Positions 9,379-26,000 of a stretch of DNA of 64,000 nt are shown in pieces (within the stretch, counting starts at the first letter, position 1; every line of letters begins with the position of its first letter). The stretch lies in NCBI RefSeq assembly GCF_009931435.1, contig NZ_CP043414.1. One strand, given 5' to 3'. Source of the stretch: Escherichia coli. GTDB taxonomy: Bacteria; Pseudomonadota; Gammaproteobacteria; Enterobacterales; Enterobacteriaceae. The notes beneath the pieces are model-generated. The model did not search any database, was not told where the DNA came from, and was given only the letters and a program-made list of their open reading frames with translations. A program made the position numbers and the translations under genes.

Positions 9379-9783
9379 ATGGATCAGGTCGTTGTTTTTC
9401 AAAAGATGTTTGAAAAAGTGAGAAAAGAGCAAAACTTTTCCTGGTTTTATTCAGAGTTAAAACATCACCGTATTGTGCATTACATTTATTATCTGGCTAC
9501 GGATAACATCAGAATTATTACTCACGATGAAACAGTTTTGTTATTAAGAGGAAACCGTAGCCTGTTAAAAGTCAGTACAACCAAAAACCCAGGAAAAATT
9601 AAAGAGGCGGCATTGCTTCATATTTCTGGGAACTCTACATTTTGGGAGTATTGTACAACACTGGCAAGTGCTGGCGTTTTCCGCTGGGTAACCGATGTTA
9701 ATAACAACAAACGCGGCTACTACGCTATTGATAATACGCTGTTGTATGTTGAAGATGTGGAAAATAACAAGCCATTAATCTAG
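9379..9783 (+). CDS. ycgX: YcgX (DUF1398-type protein)
   Basis: 134 aa, MDQVVVFQKMFEKVRKEQNFSWFYSELKHHRI..., matching remembered YcgX. Confidence 0.85.
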   Translation: MDQVVVFQKMFEKVRKEQNFSWFYSELKHHRIVHYIYYLATDNIRIITHDETVLLLRGNRSLLKVSTTKNPGKIKEAALLHISGNSTFWEYCTTLASAGVFRWVTDVNNNKRGYYAIDNTLLYVEDVENNKPLI

Positions 9784-9947
9784 CAAAATTTTAACACATC
9801 AGAGATCTATCATAATTCAGTAAAATAACAAAATATTATCAGGAACGAGTTAACGCTGCTCATAACAGTCAAACCGATACTATAAAACCCAATAATTGAA
9901 ACCTTTTCATCATGTCAGTAAGATAGTCATCCTTATGATCTTTATAT

Positions 9948-9972
9948 AAAAAAGCCAACCATGGTGGTTGGC
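9948..9972 (-). terminator. Orphan intrinsic terminator on the minus strand
   Basis: gccaacca-tgg-tggttggc forms a perfect 8-bp stem. On the minus strand six U follow immediately (A-run 9948-9953 on the + strand). No minus-strand gene lies upstream for more than 1.7 kb. Confidence 0.55.
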
Positions 9973-10177
9973 AAAGTGGCACAAACCAGCATAAAAGCTA
10001 TGCTTTGTTTAAAAACCTTCTTTAAATTAAATATATATCGTCCTGACTAAACAGAACTAAAACGGAATGAATTATTTAATCATGTTACTAAATTTGATTT
10101 TGTTTAGCCTCTGTTGAGATCCCTTGTTTTAAATTTCATTTGGATAAAATTCTTAATTAAATCCTTGGGAGTCAATT

Positions 10178-10438
10178 ATGTCTATGCAAAGTCAAGGAAT
10201 GAACTTTGAAATGAACCTATACGCATATTTGAATAAATATGATAGTCGGCTTTCAGAAGAAAAACTTGCAATTGATAAGGCAGTTAGAGATTTATATCTT
10301 TGCAACGAACGCGTGGATAACAAGAGAATTATACTGAAATTGCTCTCATTTTTATCATCTGCTGATGACATTGTTGAAAAAGATATTATCAGGAATGCTT
10401 TGGAAGTGGTGCTTCTTTTTACATTAGACGATATTTAA
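10178..10438 (+). CDS. AriR/YmgB-family paralog (small connector-like protein)
   Basis: 86-aa ORF with GGGAG 6 nt upstream of the ATG. The C-terminal two thirds align by eye with AriR: RVDNKRIILKLLSFLSSADDIVEKDIIRNALEVVLLFTLDDI against [42 protein letters not shown]. Confidence 0.75.
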   Translation: MSMQSQGMNFEMNLYAYLNKYDSRLSEEKLAIDKAVRDLYLCNERVDNKRIILKLLSFLSSADDIVEKDIIRNALEVVLLFTLDDI

Positions 10439-10686
10439 GTCATCTCAGGAGTTTTAATACACGAAGAGTGCCCGGATACTAGCGATTATATTCATATTTA
10501 ATTATGAGTGCGGGGAAAGAGATTATGCATTGGCATATTTCTCTAACGTCCGCGATAGAAAAACAACTTTAAATATAAATAAAGAACAAACCACCTTTGC
10601 ATTCAACCTCATCTGAGCTGACTATAGTACAAATTATATTGATATTCTTTATCAACATCATTGGAACAGAAGAATAAGGCGAAGAA

Positions 10687-11010
10687 ATGAAGTGTATAGT
10701 AATTGATACTGTAATACAACCTTCGTGTGGTATATATTTTTCAGTCATATGGAGCGATATAAAAATGATCATTTGGTATCGTTCAAATATCTTTCTCCCA
10801 CCTGGCAGCATATTTACAGTTATTAAGTCAGGTATTATACTCGAGGATAAAGAATATCCGATCAGTATTTTTAACGTGGCGCTATTCAACAAAAATTTAT
10901 GGAATTTAATCAAAAATAGTCAAGAGTGTCCTACAGAATCAAACAAAATTACGAATAAATGCCTGCATAAGCATTGCATTATGCAAATATGTCCACATGG
11001 TCTCAAGTAA
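10687..11010 (+). CDS. iraM: IraM (YcgW), an anti-adaptor that stabilises RpoS
   Basis: 107 aa, [22 protein letters not shown]...[21 protein letters not shown], a close match to remembered IraM. Confidence 0.88.
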   Translation: MKCIVIDTVIQPSCGIYFSVIWSDIKMIIWYRSNIFLPPGSIFTVIKSGIILEDKEYPISIFNVALFNKNLWNLIKNSQECPTESNKITNKCLHKHCIMQICPHGLK

Positions 11011-11061
11011 TGGGGGTTATTTAACCTTCCCTATATGCTATAGATAAATCTACCAAAAACT

Positions 11062-11079
11062 GCCCCTTCGTAGAGGGGC
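11062..11079. terminator. Bidirectional-looking hairpin after iraM
   Basis: gcccct-tcgtag-aggggc. On the + strand a T-rich stretch follows a few nt later. On the minus strand AGTTTTT follows. Confidence 0.5.
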
Positions 11080-11744
11080 TCTATGATTTTGTTTTATTTG
11101 AAGGCATGGTGCTGAATGTATTCGTTGAATCCAGATTCAACACCTGAAGCTGCACTTAACCCATAATACTTGTTTCTGGTTCCTCTACCGAGTGGTCAAA
11201 CAATGATATGTATGTGACGTCAGAGTTTATTTTTTTAGTGTTTAATGCTATTAATTTAACGTAGTTACCTATCTTTTTTCTACCTTCTGAACTAACCTTA
11301 GGTTTCAACGTATCCGGCAGGAGGGGCTATCCCCAATCTTAAATTTTGCTTCCCGATTTGCTCAAGCCAAAGTTTTAATTTTACAACCTATAAACCTGAG
11401 TTAAATCAACCTCATGGTGCTGTCTGTTCCCGCTGTGGAACAAGACTCACTGCAACATCTTGCATTCCTAAACTTCGCAGAAGGCGATGGGCAAAAACTG
11501 TACTGTAATGTTATTTCGATGTCTCTTATGGTAAATAGGAGGCGTCGAGGCTAAGTGAGTAGCCTGCTTGCTTCTCAAGCCTGGATACTATCAGCATTCA
11601 CGTCAGATGAAATGATGATATTTCGCGTAAGAAAGAGGCATTTTTTTATCAACTTCACATCGGAGATGGTAATAATCCTATGGGTCCAGTCCATATGAGG
11701 GGGTCAACATACTATAAAATTCACAATCATAAATTAACTATATA

Positions 11745-13202
11745 TCAAGAACGCCAAAAAAATCCTGAAAATAGTATAATAACAGGGTAAATTTCAAGTC
11801 GACCAAGAATCATAGCAATACACATGAGATATTTTGCAATATCATTAAGAACACCGAATGAGGATGCGGTAGCCCCAAAACCCAGCCCCATATTATTAAT
11901 GCATGCAGCGACTGTCGCAAATGATGTAAGGAAATCATATCCCATACCGTTTAGCACCAGTATAAAAAACACTGTAAAGAAAGTATAAAGAAAAAAGAAA
12001 CTCCATACAGACCTCATTACGCGGTCTGTAACAATCTTCCCTCCTACATTTACACTAAGCAATGCTCTGGGATGAGAAAGCTGATTTATTTCGTGTTTAC
12101 TTTGTTTAAAAAGTATAAGAAATCTAAGTGATTTAATTCCGCCGCACGTTGAGCCTATACATCCCCCAAAAAAACTTGACAGCAGCAAAAAAACTATCGT
12201 ATGTGTGGGCCAGTTTGAATAATCCTGCGTAGCTAAACCATTATCAGTGAGCATGGAGCTAGCAAGAAAAAACGAATGAACAACACTTCCAGTTAAGTCA
12301 TACATACCTATATGCCAGACCTGGAAAGAGGTAACAATGATAACACCTGAAGCTATTAACAAAAAGAAACGAAGTTCAACATCTCTGAGTAAGGGTTTTA
12401 TTGTTTTCCTGCTTATAACAACATACCAAAGAGTGAAGTTGAAAGCCGATAACAGAGAAAAAGAGCCCGCCACCAGTTCAATCAAATAATTATTGAAATA
12501 ACCGATACTCTCACTATGAGTTGAAAAACCGCCAAGAGAAACTGTAGAAAGTCCATGACAAATAGCATCAAACAACGGCATTCCTGCAAGTCGATAACAA
12601 ACAATACAAGCAATGCCTAATAAAGAATAAGTTATCCAAAGTGTCCGCGACGTATCAGCCAGGCGTGGAGTCAGTTTGTCATCCTTAAATGGTCCTGGCA
12701 TTTCTGACTGATAAAGTTTTGCACCACCAATACCCAATAATGGCAACACAGCAACTGCCAGAACAATAACCCCTAAACCGCCTATAAAATTTAATTGTGA
12801 CCGGTAGAACAAATATGCCCGAGATAATGAACTGACATCATCAATTACTGTTGCTCCTGTTGTTGTTATTCCGGAAACCCCTTCAAACAGCGCGTCAGCA
12901 AACGTTAAATTAAGCTCTGAATCAATCCATAATGGAAATGCGCTAATAATAGAAAATAAAATCCAAAACATTACAATTATAATAAACCCATCACGGGTGC
13001 GTAATTGAATGCCAGATTTTTTAGTGGTATACCACGCTCCGCCACCAATACAAAAAAATATAACAAAAGTAATAAAAAAAACGAACAAGCTTTTTTCTTT
13101 ATAAAACAATGCTACAACCATTGGTGGTAACATTGAAAGACTATAGAGCCAGACCAAGAACCCACACATATGAGTTACAACTCTTACATGAGATGTATTC
13201 AT
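11745..13202 (-). CDS. trkG: TrkH/TrkG-family K+ uptake channel subunit
   Basis: Polytopic membrane protein. 485 aa from MNTSHVRVVTHMCGFLVWLYSL..., which I remember as nearly identical to K-12 TrkG. The ORF track adds 6 codons, to 13220. The gene is visibly AT-rich compared with its neighbours. Confidence 0.85.
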   Translation of the reverse strand: MNTSHVRVVTHMCGFLVWLYSLSMLPPMVVALFYKEKSLFVFFITFVIFFCIGGGAWYTTKKSGIQLRTRDGFIIIVMFWILFSIISAFPLWIDSELNLTFADALFEGVSGITTTGATVIDDVSSLSRAYLFYRSQLNFIGGLGVIVLAVAVLPLLGIGGAKLYQSEMPGPFKDDKLTPRLADTSRTLWITYSLLGIACIVCYRLAGMPLFDAICHGLSTVSLGGFSTHSESIGYFNNYLIELVAGSFSLLSAFNFTLWYVVISRKTIKPLLRDVELRFFLLIASGVIIVTSFQVWHIGMYDLTGSVVHSFFLASSMLTDNGLATQDYSNWPTHTIVFLLLSSFFGGCIGSTCGGIKSLRFLILFKQSKHEINQLSHPRALLSVNVGGKIVTDRVMRSVWSFFFLYTFFTVFFILVLNGMGYDFLTSFATVAACINNMGLGFGATASSFGVLNDIAKYLMCIAMILGRLEIYPVIILFSGFFWRS

Positions 13203-13452
13203 ATCCAAATGTTCTTTCAATTATAACCACCTTACTGCAATGTCATGATTATACTGTATAAATTTTAACTCTTCTTAGATCTTACTTCACTGGTCCTTAT
13301 GAAACAATCAGCAAAATGAATCTTATTATAACACTGTTCGGTTATGTATTGTTGAGCCTTCCCGCTGGGCCTGCATCATTACAAGTCGCTCCCTATGGGG
13401 CTTTGTCGAATAAATAATTTTTCGGTAAGTGTCCCCTGAGCAGGTTGTATCT

Positions 13453-15977
<2,525 letters not shown>

Positions 15978-16113
15978 GGGACGAGCCGTGTTGGCAGATG
16001 ATGTGTGGTCTGATCCTTAAACTCAGTAAAAGTACGATTTATTCAAAAAAGCCCCTCCACTATGATTTCGATTTAAGGGGCTGATGATTATGTAACGCGA
16101 ATTTACCGGATCC

Positions 16114-17499
<1,386 letters not shown>

Positions 17500-17811
17500 T
17501 CAGGGGGGTTGATATTCCGGATCGTGCCGTGTTTGCCCACGGCTCCCCCTGGAGAGCTGCAGACCTGTTTATTTAACTCGCACAGCGCCGGGGCCTGTCA
17601 GTAAACAGGGAGCATAACCGTCGTGCCATTAAACGCCAGACGGGAGATCATTATTATTTTATTAATACAGATCCGTTGCATTCCGGTCTTTACCGCAGTT
17701 TAAAAGAAAAGAGAATAGGGACTTAGGCAGTAGAGCAGTCATTGGACAGACCACACTACCCCAAACTAGCAGGGGAGTTTTGATAAAATTTTAATAACCG
17801 TTAGCAGGCTA

Positions 17812-17844
17812 ACAAAAAAACAACGGGCGTGTTATACGCCCGTT
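17812..17844 (-). terminator. icd intrinsic terminator
   Basis: On the minus strand, aacgggcg-tataaca-cgcccgtt is followed by GTTTTTTT, starting 24 nt after the icd stop. Confidence 0.8.
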
Positions 17845-17867
17845 TCAATATTTAACACATGTAGTGA

Positions 17868-19118
17868 TTACATATTCTTGATGATCGCGTCACCAAACTC
17901 TGAACATTTCAGCAGTTTAGCGCCTTCCATCAGACGTTCGAAGTCATAGGTTACGGTCTTGGCATTGATTGCGCCTTCCATACCTTTAACAATCAGGTCA
18001 GCCGCTTCAGTCCAACCCATATGGCGCAGCATCATCTCAGCGGAGAGGATGATAGAGCCTGGGTTAACTTTGTCCTGACCAGCATACTTCGGCGCAGTAC
18101 CGTGGGTGGCTTCAAACAGCGCGCATTCGTCACCGATGTTTGCGCCTGGGGCGATACCGATACCGCCAACCTGCGCTGCCAGAGCATCAGAAATGTAGTC
18201 ACCGTTGAGGTTCATACAGGCGATAACGTCGTATTCAGCCGGACGCAGCAGGATCTGTTGCAGGAATGCGTCAGCAATCACGTCTTTAATAACGATCTCT
18301 TTGCCGGTGTTCGGGTTTTTGACTTTCAGCCACGGCCCGCCGTCGATCAGTTCACCGCCAAACTCTTCACGCGCCAGCTGGTAACCCCAGTCTTTAAACG
18401 CGCCTTCGGTGAACTTCATGATGTTGCCTTTGTGCACCAGGGTCACAGAGTCACGGTCGTTAGCAATTGCGTATTCGATCGCGGCACGAACCAGACGTTT
18501 GGTGCCTTCTTCCGAACACGGCTTGATACCGATACCGCAATGTTCCGGGAAGCGAATTTTCTTCACGCCCATCTCTTCACGCAGGAATTTAATCACTTTC
18601 TCAGCGTCGGCAGAATCAGCTTTCCATTCGATACCCGCATAAATGTCTTCCGAGTTTTCACGGAAGATAACCATATCGGTCAGTTCAGGATGTTTAACCG
18701 GGCTTGGGGTGCCCTGATAGTAACGTACCGGACGCAGGCAGATGTAGAGATCCAGTTCCTGACGCAGAGCTACGTTGAGAGAACGAATACCGCCGCCAAC
18801 CGGAGTGGTCAGAGGGCCTTTAATGGCAACGCGATATTCACGAATCAGATCAAGGGTTTCAGCAGGCAGCCAGACGTCCTGACCATAAACCTGTGTGGAT
18901 TTTTCACCGGTGTAAATTTCCATCCAGGAGATTTTACGCTCGCCTTTATAGGCTTTCTCGACTGCAGCGTCGACCACTTTCAGCATGGCTGGGGTTACAT
19001 CTACACCGATTCCATCACCTTCAATGTAAGGGATAATCGGATTTTCAGGAACGTTGAGTTTGCCGTTTTGCAGGGTGATCTTCTTGCCTTGTGCCGGAAC
19101 AACTACTTTACTTTCCAT
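17868..19118 (-). CDS. icd: Isocitrate dehydrogenase (NADP)
   Basis: 416 aa, [40 protein letters not shown]... Identical to remembered K-12 Icd except near the C-terminus (E398 and K414 here). Confidence 0.97.
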   Translation of the reverse strand: MESKVVVPAQGKKITLQNGKLNVPENPIIPYIEGDGIGVDVTPAMLKVVDAAVEKAYKGERKISWMEIYTGEKSTQVYGQDVWLPAETLDLIREYRVAIKGPLTTPVGGGIRSLNVALRQELDLYICLRPVRYYQGTPSPVKHPELTDMVIFRENSEDIYAGIEWKADSADAEKVIKFLREEMGVKKIRFPEHCGIGIKPCSEEGTKRLVRAAIEYAIANDRDSVTLVHKGNIMKFTEGAFKDWGYQLAREEFGGELIDGGPWLKVKNPNTGKEIVIKDVIADAFLQQILLRPAEYDVIACMNLNGDYISDALAAQVGGIGIAPGANIGDECALFEATHGTAPKYAGQDKVNPGSIILSAEMMLRHMGWTEAADLIVKGMEGAINAKTVTYDFERLMEGAKLLKCSEFGDAIIKNM

Positions 19119-19289
19119 TCACCTCTCCTTCGAGCGCTACTGGTTTGCTCGTCTGCCACCACGTTGCATATGCGTTTGCGTCCTGCGATACGGATGCGTT
19201 AGAGCAATTTTTTGTTAATGATTTGTAATTAGCTTGTCAATACTACCCTATTGTTTGCCGTCATGAAAGATGCGCGTTATTAGGCTATA

Positions 19290-19943
19290 ATGCGGCACTT
19301 CATAATCTCTGAAAATACCATGCAAAAAACTTCTTTTAGAAATCACCAGGTTAAGCGATTCAGCTCGCAACGTTCTACCAGGCGAAAACCTGAAAACCAG
19401 CCCACGCGTGTGATCCTGTTCAATAAACCCTACGATGTTCTTCCGCAGTTCACCGATGAAGCCGGACGCAAAACATTAAAAGAATTCATCCCGATTCAGG
19501 GGGTGTATGCGGCAGGTCGTCTCGACCGCGACAGCGAAGGGTTACTGGTGCTGACCAATAACGGCGCTTTGCAGGCGCGTTTAACCCAGCCGGGTAAACG
19601 TACCGGGAAAATCTATTATGTACAGGTAGAAGGTATTCCCACGGAAGACGCCCTTGAAGCGTTGCGCAATGGCGTAACCTTAAATGATGGCCCTACCCTG
19701 CCCGCAGGTGCGGAGATGGTTGAGGAGCCGGAATGGTTATGGCCCCGTAATCCGCCAATTCGTGAACGAAAAAGTATTCCCACCAGCTGGCTTAAGATCA
19801 CCTTATATGAAGGACGTAATCGCCAGGTGCGCCGCATGACCGCCCATGTTGGTTTCCCCACGCTGCGACTGATTCGCTATGCGATGGGGGATTACTCTTT
19901 GGATAATCTTGCCAATGGCGAATGGCGAGACGCGACAGATTAA
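19290..19943 (+). CDS. rluE: 23S rRNA pseudouridine synthase RluE
   Basis: 217 aa with the catalytic motif [19 protein letters not shown]. Synteny with icd and nudJ. Confidence 0.93.
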   Translation: MRHFIISENTMQKTSFRNHQVKRFSSQRSTRRKPENQPTRVILFNKPYDVLPQFTDEAGRKTLKEFIPIQGVYAAGRLDRDSEGLLVLTNNGALQARLTQPGKRTGKIYYVQVEGIPTEDALEALRNGVTLNDGPTLPAGAEMVEEPEWLWPRNPPIRERKSIPTSWLKITLYEGRNRQVRRMTAHVGFPTLRLIRYAMGDYSLDNLANGEWRDATD

Positions 19944-19952
19944 GGATGCAAA

Positions 19953-21574
<1,622 letters not shown>

Positions 21575-21609
21575 TTATTGTCTTTAATTACAACAAGGAA
21601 GCAGTGAAC

Positions 21610-22251
21610 GTGGCAAAGAATTACTATGACATCACCCTCGCCCTGGCCGGAATTTGTCAGTCGGCACGCCTGGTGCAACAACTCGCTCACCAGGGGCATT
21701 GTGATGCCGATGCGCTACACGTCTCACTCAACAGTATTATTGATATGAACCCCAGCTCGACGCTGGCGGTTTTTGGCGGTAGCGAAGCCAACCTGCGCGT
21801 CGGGCTGGAAACCTTGCTCGGCGTGCTCAACGCCAGCAGTCGCCAGGGCTTAAACGCTGAGTTAACCCGCTACACCCTTAGCCTGATGGTGCTTGAGCGC
21901 AAACTCTCCTCAGCGAAAGGCGCGCTCGACACTCTGGGCAACCGGATCAACGGCCTGCAACGACAGCTCGAACACTTCGATTTACAGTCCGAAACGCTGA
22001 TGAGCGCGATGGCCGCCATCTATGTTGATGTTATCAGCCCGCTAGGCCCGCGCATTCAGGTCACCGGTTCCCCTGCTGTACTGCAAAGCCCACAGGTGCA
22101 GGCGAAAGTCCGCGCCACCCTGCTGGCAGGCATTCGCGCCGCCGTGCTCTGGCACCAGGTCGGCGGCGGACGTCTACAACTGATGTTTTCTCGTAATCGC
22201 CTGACCACTCAGGCAAAACAAATTCTTGCTCATTTAACCCCGGAGTTGTGA
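21610..22251 (+). CDS. hflD: HflD (lysogenization regulator)
   Basis: 213 aa from the GTG at 21610 ([21 protein letters not shown]...). Confidence 0.9.
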   Translation: MAKNYYDITLALAGICQSARLVQQLAHQGHCDADALHVSLNSIIDMNPSSTLAVFGGSEANLRVGLETLLGVLNASSRQGLNAELTRYTLSLMVLERKLSSAKGALDTLGNRINGLQRQLEHFDLQSETLMSAMAAIYVDVISPLGPRIQVTGSPAVLQSPQVQAKVRATLLAGIRAAVLWHQVGGGRLQLMFSRNRLTTQAKQILAHLTPEL

Positions 22252-23625
<1,374 letters not shown>

Positions 23626-23716
23626 GCCTCAAATCAGTGCCGGATGGCGATGCTGTCCGGCCTGCTTATTAAGATTATCCGCTTTTTATTTTTTCACTTT
23701 ACCTCCCCTCCCCGCT

Positions 23717-23733
23717 GGTTTATTTAATGTTTA
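23717..23733 (+). promoter_or_regulatory. PhoP box upstream of phoPQ
   Basis: GGTTTA-TTTAA-TGTTTA is an exact direct-repeat PhoP box ((T/G)GTTTA-N5-(T/G)GTTTA). It lies about 60-75 nt upstream of the phoP ATG. Confidence 0.8.
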
Positions 23734-23793
23734 CCCCCATAACGACATAATCGCGTTACACTATTTTAATAATTAAAACAGGGAGAATGAAAA

Positions 23794-24465
23794 ATGCGCG
23801 TACTGGTTGTTGAAGACAATGCGTTGTTACGTCACCATCTTAAAGTTCAGATTCAGGATGCTGGTCATCAGGTCGATGACGCAGAAGATGCCAAAGAAGC
23901 CGATTATTATCTCAATGAGCATTTACCGGATATTGCGATTGTCGATCTCGGTTTGCCTGACGAGGACGGTCTGTCACTGATTCGCCGCTGGCGTAGCAAT
24001 GATGTTTCACTGCCGATTCTGGTATTAACCGCCCGTGAAAGCTGGCAGGACAAAGTCGAAGTATTAAGTGCTGGCGCTGATGATTACGTGACTAAACCGT
24101 TTCATATTGAAGAGGTGATGGCGCGAATGCAGGCATTAATGCGGCGTAATAGCGGTCTGGCTTCACAGGTCATTTCGCTACCACCGTTTCAGGTTGATCT
24201 CTCCCGCCGTGAATTATCTATTAATGACGAAGTGATCAAACTGACCGCGTTCGAATACACCATTATGGAAACGTTGATACGCAATAATGGCAAAGTGGTC
24301 AGCAAAGATTCGTTAATGCTACAACTCTACCCGGATGCGGAGCTGCGGGAAAGCCATACCATTGATGTACTGATGGGACGTCTGCGCAAAAAAATTCAGG
24401 CACAATATCCGCAAGAAGTGATTACCACCGTTCGCGGCCAGGGCTATCTGTTCGAATTGCGCTGA
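23794..24465 (+). CDS. phoP: Response regulator PhoP
   Basis: 223 aa. Receiver domain (MRVLVVEDN...[11 protein letters not shown]) plus an OmpR-type winged helix. Confidence 0.97.
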   Translation: MRVLVVEDNALLRHHLKVQIQDAGHQVDDAEDAKEADYYLNEHLPDIAIVDLGLPDEDGLSLIRRWRSNDVSLPILVLTARESWQDKVEVLSAGADDYVTKPFHIEEVMARMQALMRRNSGLASQVISLPPFQVDLSRRELSINDEVIKLTAFEYTIMETLIRNNGKVVSKDSLMLQLYPDAELRESHTIDVLMGRLRKKIQAQYPQEVITTVRGQGYLFELR

Positions 24466-25925
24466 TGAAAAAATTACTGCGTCTTTTTTTCCCGCTCTCG
24501 CTGCGGGTACGTTTTCTGTTAGCAACGGCAGCAGTAGTATTGGTGCTTTCGCTTGCCTACGGAATGGTTGCGCTGATCGGTTATAGCGTCAGTTTCGATA
24601 AAACCACGTTTCGGCTGTTACGTGGCGAGAGCAATCTGTTCTATACCCTTGCGAAGTGGGAAAATAATAAATTGCATGTCGAGTTACCCGAAAATATCGA
24701 CAAGCAAAGCCCCACCATGACGCTAATTTATGATGAGAACGGGCAGCTTTTATGGGCGCAACGTGACGTGCCCTGGCTGATGAAAATGATCCAGCCTGAC
24801 TGGCTGAAATCGAATGGTTTTCATGAAATTGAAGCGGATGTTAACGACACCAGCCTGTTACTGAGTGGAGATCATTCAATACAGCAACAGTTGCAGGAAG
24901 TGCGGGAAGATGATGACGACGCGGAGATGACCCACTCGGTGGCGGTAAACGTCTACCCGGCAACATCGCGGATGCCAAAGTTAACCATTGTGGTGGTGGA
25001 TACCATTCCGGTGGAGCTAAAAAGTTCCTATATGGTCTGGAGCTGGTTTATCTATGTGCTCTCAGCCAATCTGCTGTTAGTGATCCCGCTGCTGTGGGTC
25101 GCCGCCTGGTGGAGTTTACGCCCCATCGAAGCCCTGGCAAAAGAAGTCCGCGAACTGGAAGAACATAACCGCGAATTGCTCAATCCAGCCACAACGCGAG
25201 AACTGACCAGTCTGGTACGAAACCTGAACCGACTGTTAAAAAGTGAACGCGAACGTTACGACAAATATCGTACGACGCTCACCGACCTGACCCATAGTCT
25301 GAAAACGCCACTGGCGGTGCTGCAAAGTACGCTGCGTTCTCTGCGTAGTGAGAAGATGAGCGTCAGTGATGCTGAGCCGGTGATGCTGGAGCAAATCAGC
25401 CGCATTTCACAGCAAATTGGCTACTACCTGCATCGTGCCAGTATGCGCGGTGGGACATTGCTTAGCCGCGAGCTGCATCCGGTCGCCCCTCTGTTGGACA
25501 ATCTCACCTCGGCGCTGAACAAAGTGTATCAACGCAAAGGGGTCAATATCTCTCTCGATATTTCACCAGAGATCAGCTTTGTTGGTGAGCAGAACGATTT
25601 TGTCGAGGTGATGGGCAACGTGCTGGATAACGCCTGTAAATATTGCCTCGAGTTTGTCGAAATTTCTGCAAGGCAAACCGACGAGCATCTCTATATTGTG
25701 GTCGAGGATGATGGCCCCGGTATTCCATTAAGCAAGCGAGAGGTCATTTTCGACCGTGGTCAACGGGTTGATACTTTACGCCCTGGGCAAGGTGTAGGGC
25801 TGGCGGTAGCCCGCGAAATCACCGAGCAGTATGAGGGTAAAATCGTCGCCGGAGAGAGCATGCTGGGCGGTGCGCGGATGGAGGTGATTTTTGGCCGCCA
25901 GCATTCTGCGCCGAAAGATGAATAA
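24465..25925 (+). CDS. phoQ: Sensor kinase PhoQ
   Basis: 486 aa. Two TM helices, an acidic periplasmic patch (EDDDDAEM), the H-box [12 protein letters not shown] and an ATPase domain. ATGA overlap with phoP. Confidence 0.97.
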   Translation: MKKLLRLFFPLSLRVRFLLATAAVVLVLSLAYGMVALIGYSVSFDKTTFRLLRGESNLFYTLAKWENNKLHVELPENIDKQSPTMTLIYDENGQLLWAQRDVPWLMKMIQPDWLKSNGFHEIEADVNDTSLLLSGDHSIQQQLQEVREDDDDAEMTHSVAVNVYPATSRMPKLTIVVVDTIPVELKSSYMVWSWFIYVLSANLLLVIPLLWVAAWWSLRPIEALAKEVRELEEHNRELLNPATTRELTSLVRNLNRLLKSERERYDKYRTTLTDLTHSLKTPLAVLQSTLRSLRSEKMSVSDAEPVMLEQISRISQQIGYYLHRASMRGGTLLSRELHPVAPLLDNLTSALNKVYQRKGVNISLDISPEISFVGEQNDFVEVMGNVLDNACKYCLEFVEISARQTDEHLYIVVEDDGPGIPLSKREVIFDRGQRVDTLRPGQGVGLAVAREITEQYEGKIVAGESMLGGARMEVIFGRQHSAPKDE

Positions 25926-26000
25926 ATATGTCCATACTTCACGCATTACGTTAAGCATCCGTTATAATCGGTTGCAGATACCAGCCTGTGGATGCTTAAC

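Noticed and set aside
9190-9432. 80-aa minus-strand ORF overlapping the ycgX start, and a 114-aa ORF (10569-10913) antisense to iraM
   Set aside because: They have no RBS, overlap identified genes, and have hydrophobic or low-complexity products.
11011-11744. Search for a duplicated icd 3' fragment (an icdC-like att scar) or phage genes at the distal end of the island
   Set aside because: Reading both strands, I found nothing resembling the last 160 bp or so of icd. I found only short broken frames, for example one ending ...YYGLSAASGVESGFNEYIQHHAFK. That is not enough to call a feature.
18021-19202. 393-aa ORF on the + strand, opposite icd
   Set aside because: It lies entirely antisense to a highly conserved, strongly codon-biased gene. 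The product is low-complexity (F/R/T/N-rich) and has no convincing start context. This is a typical shadow ORF.
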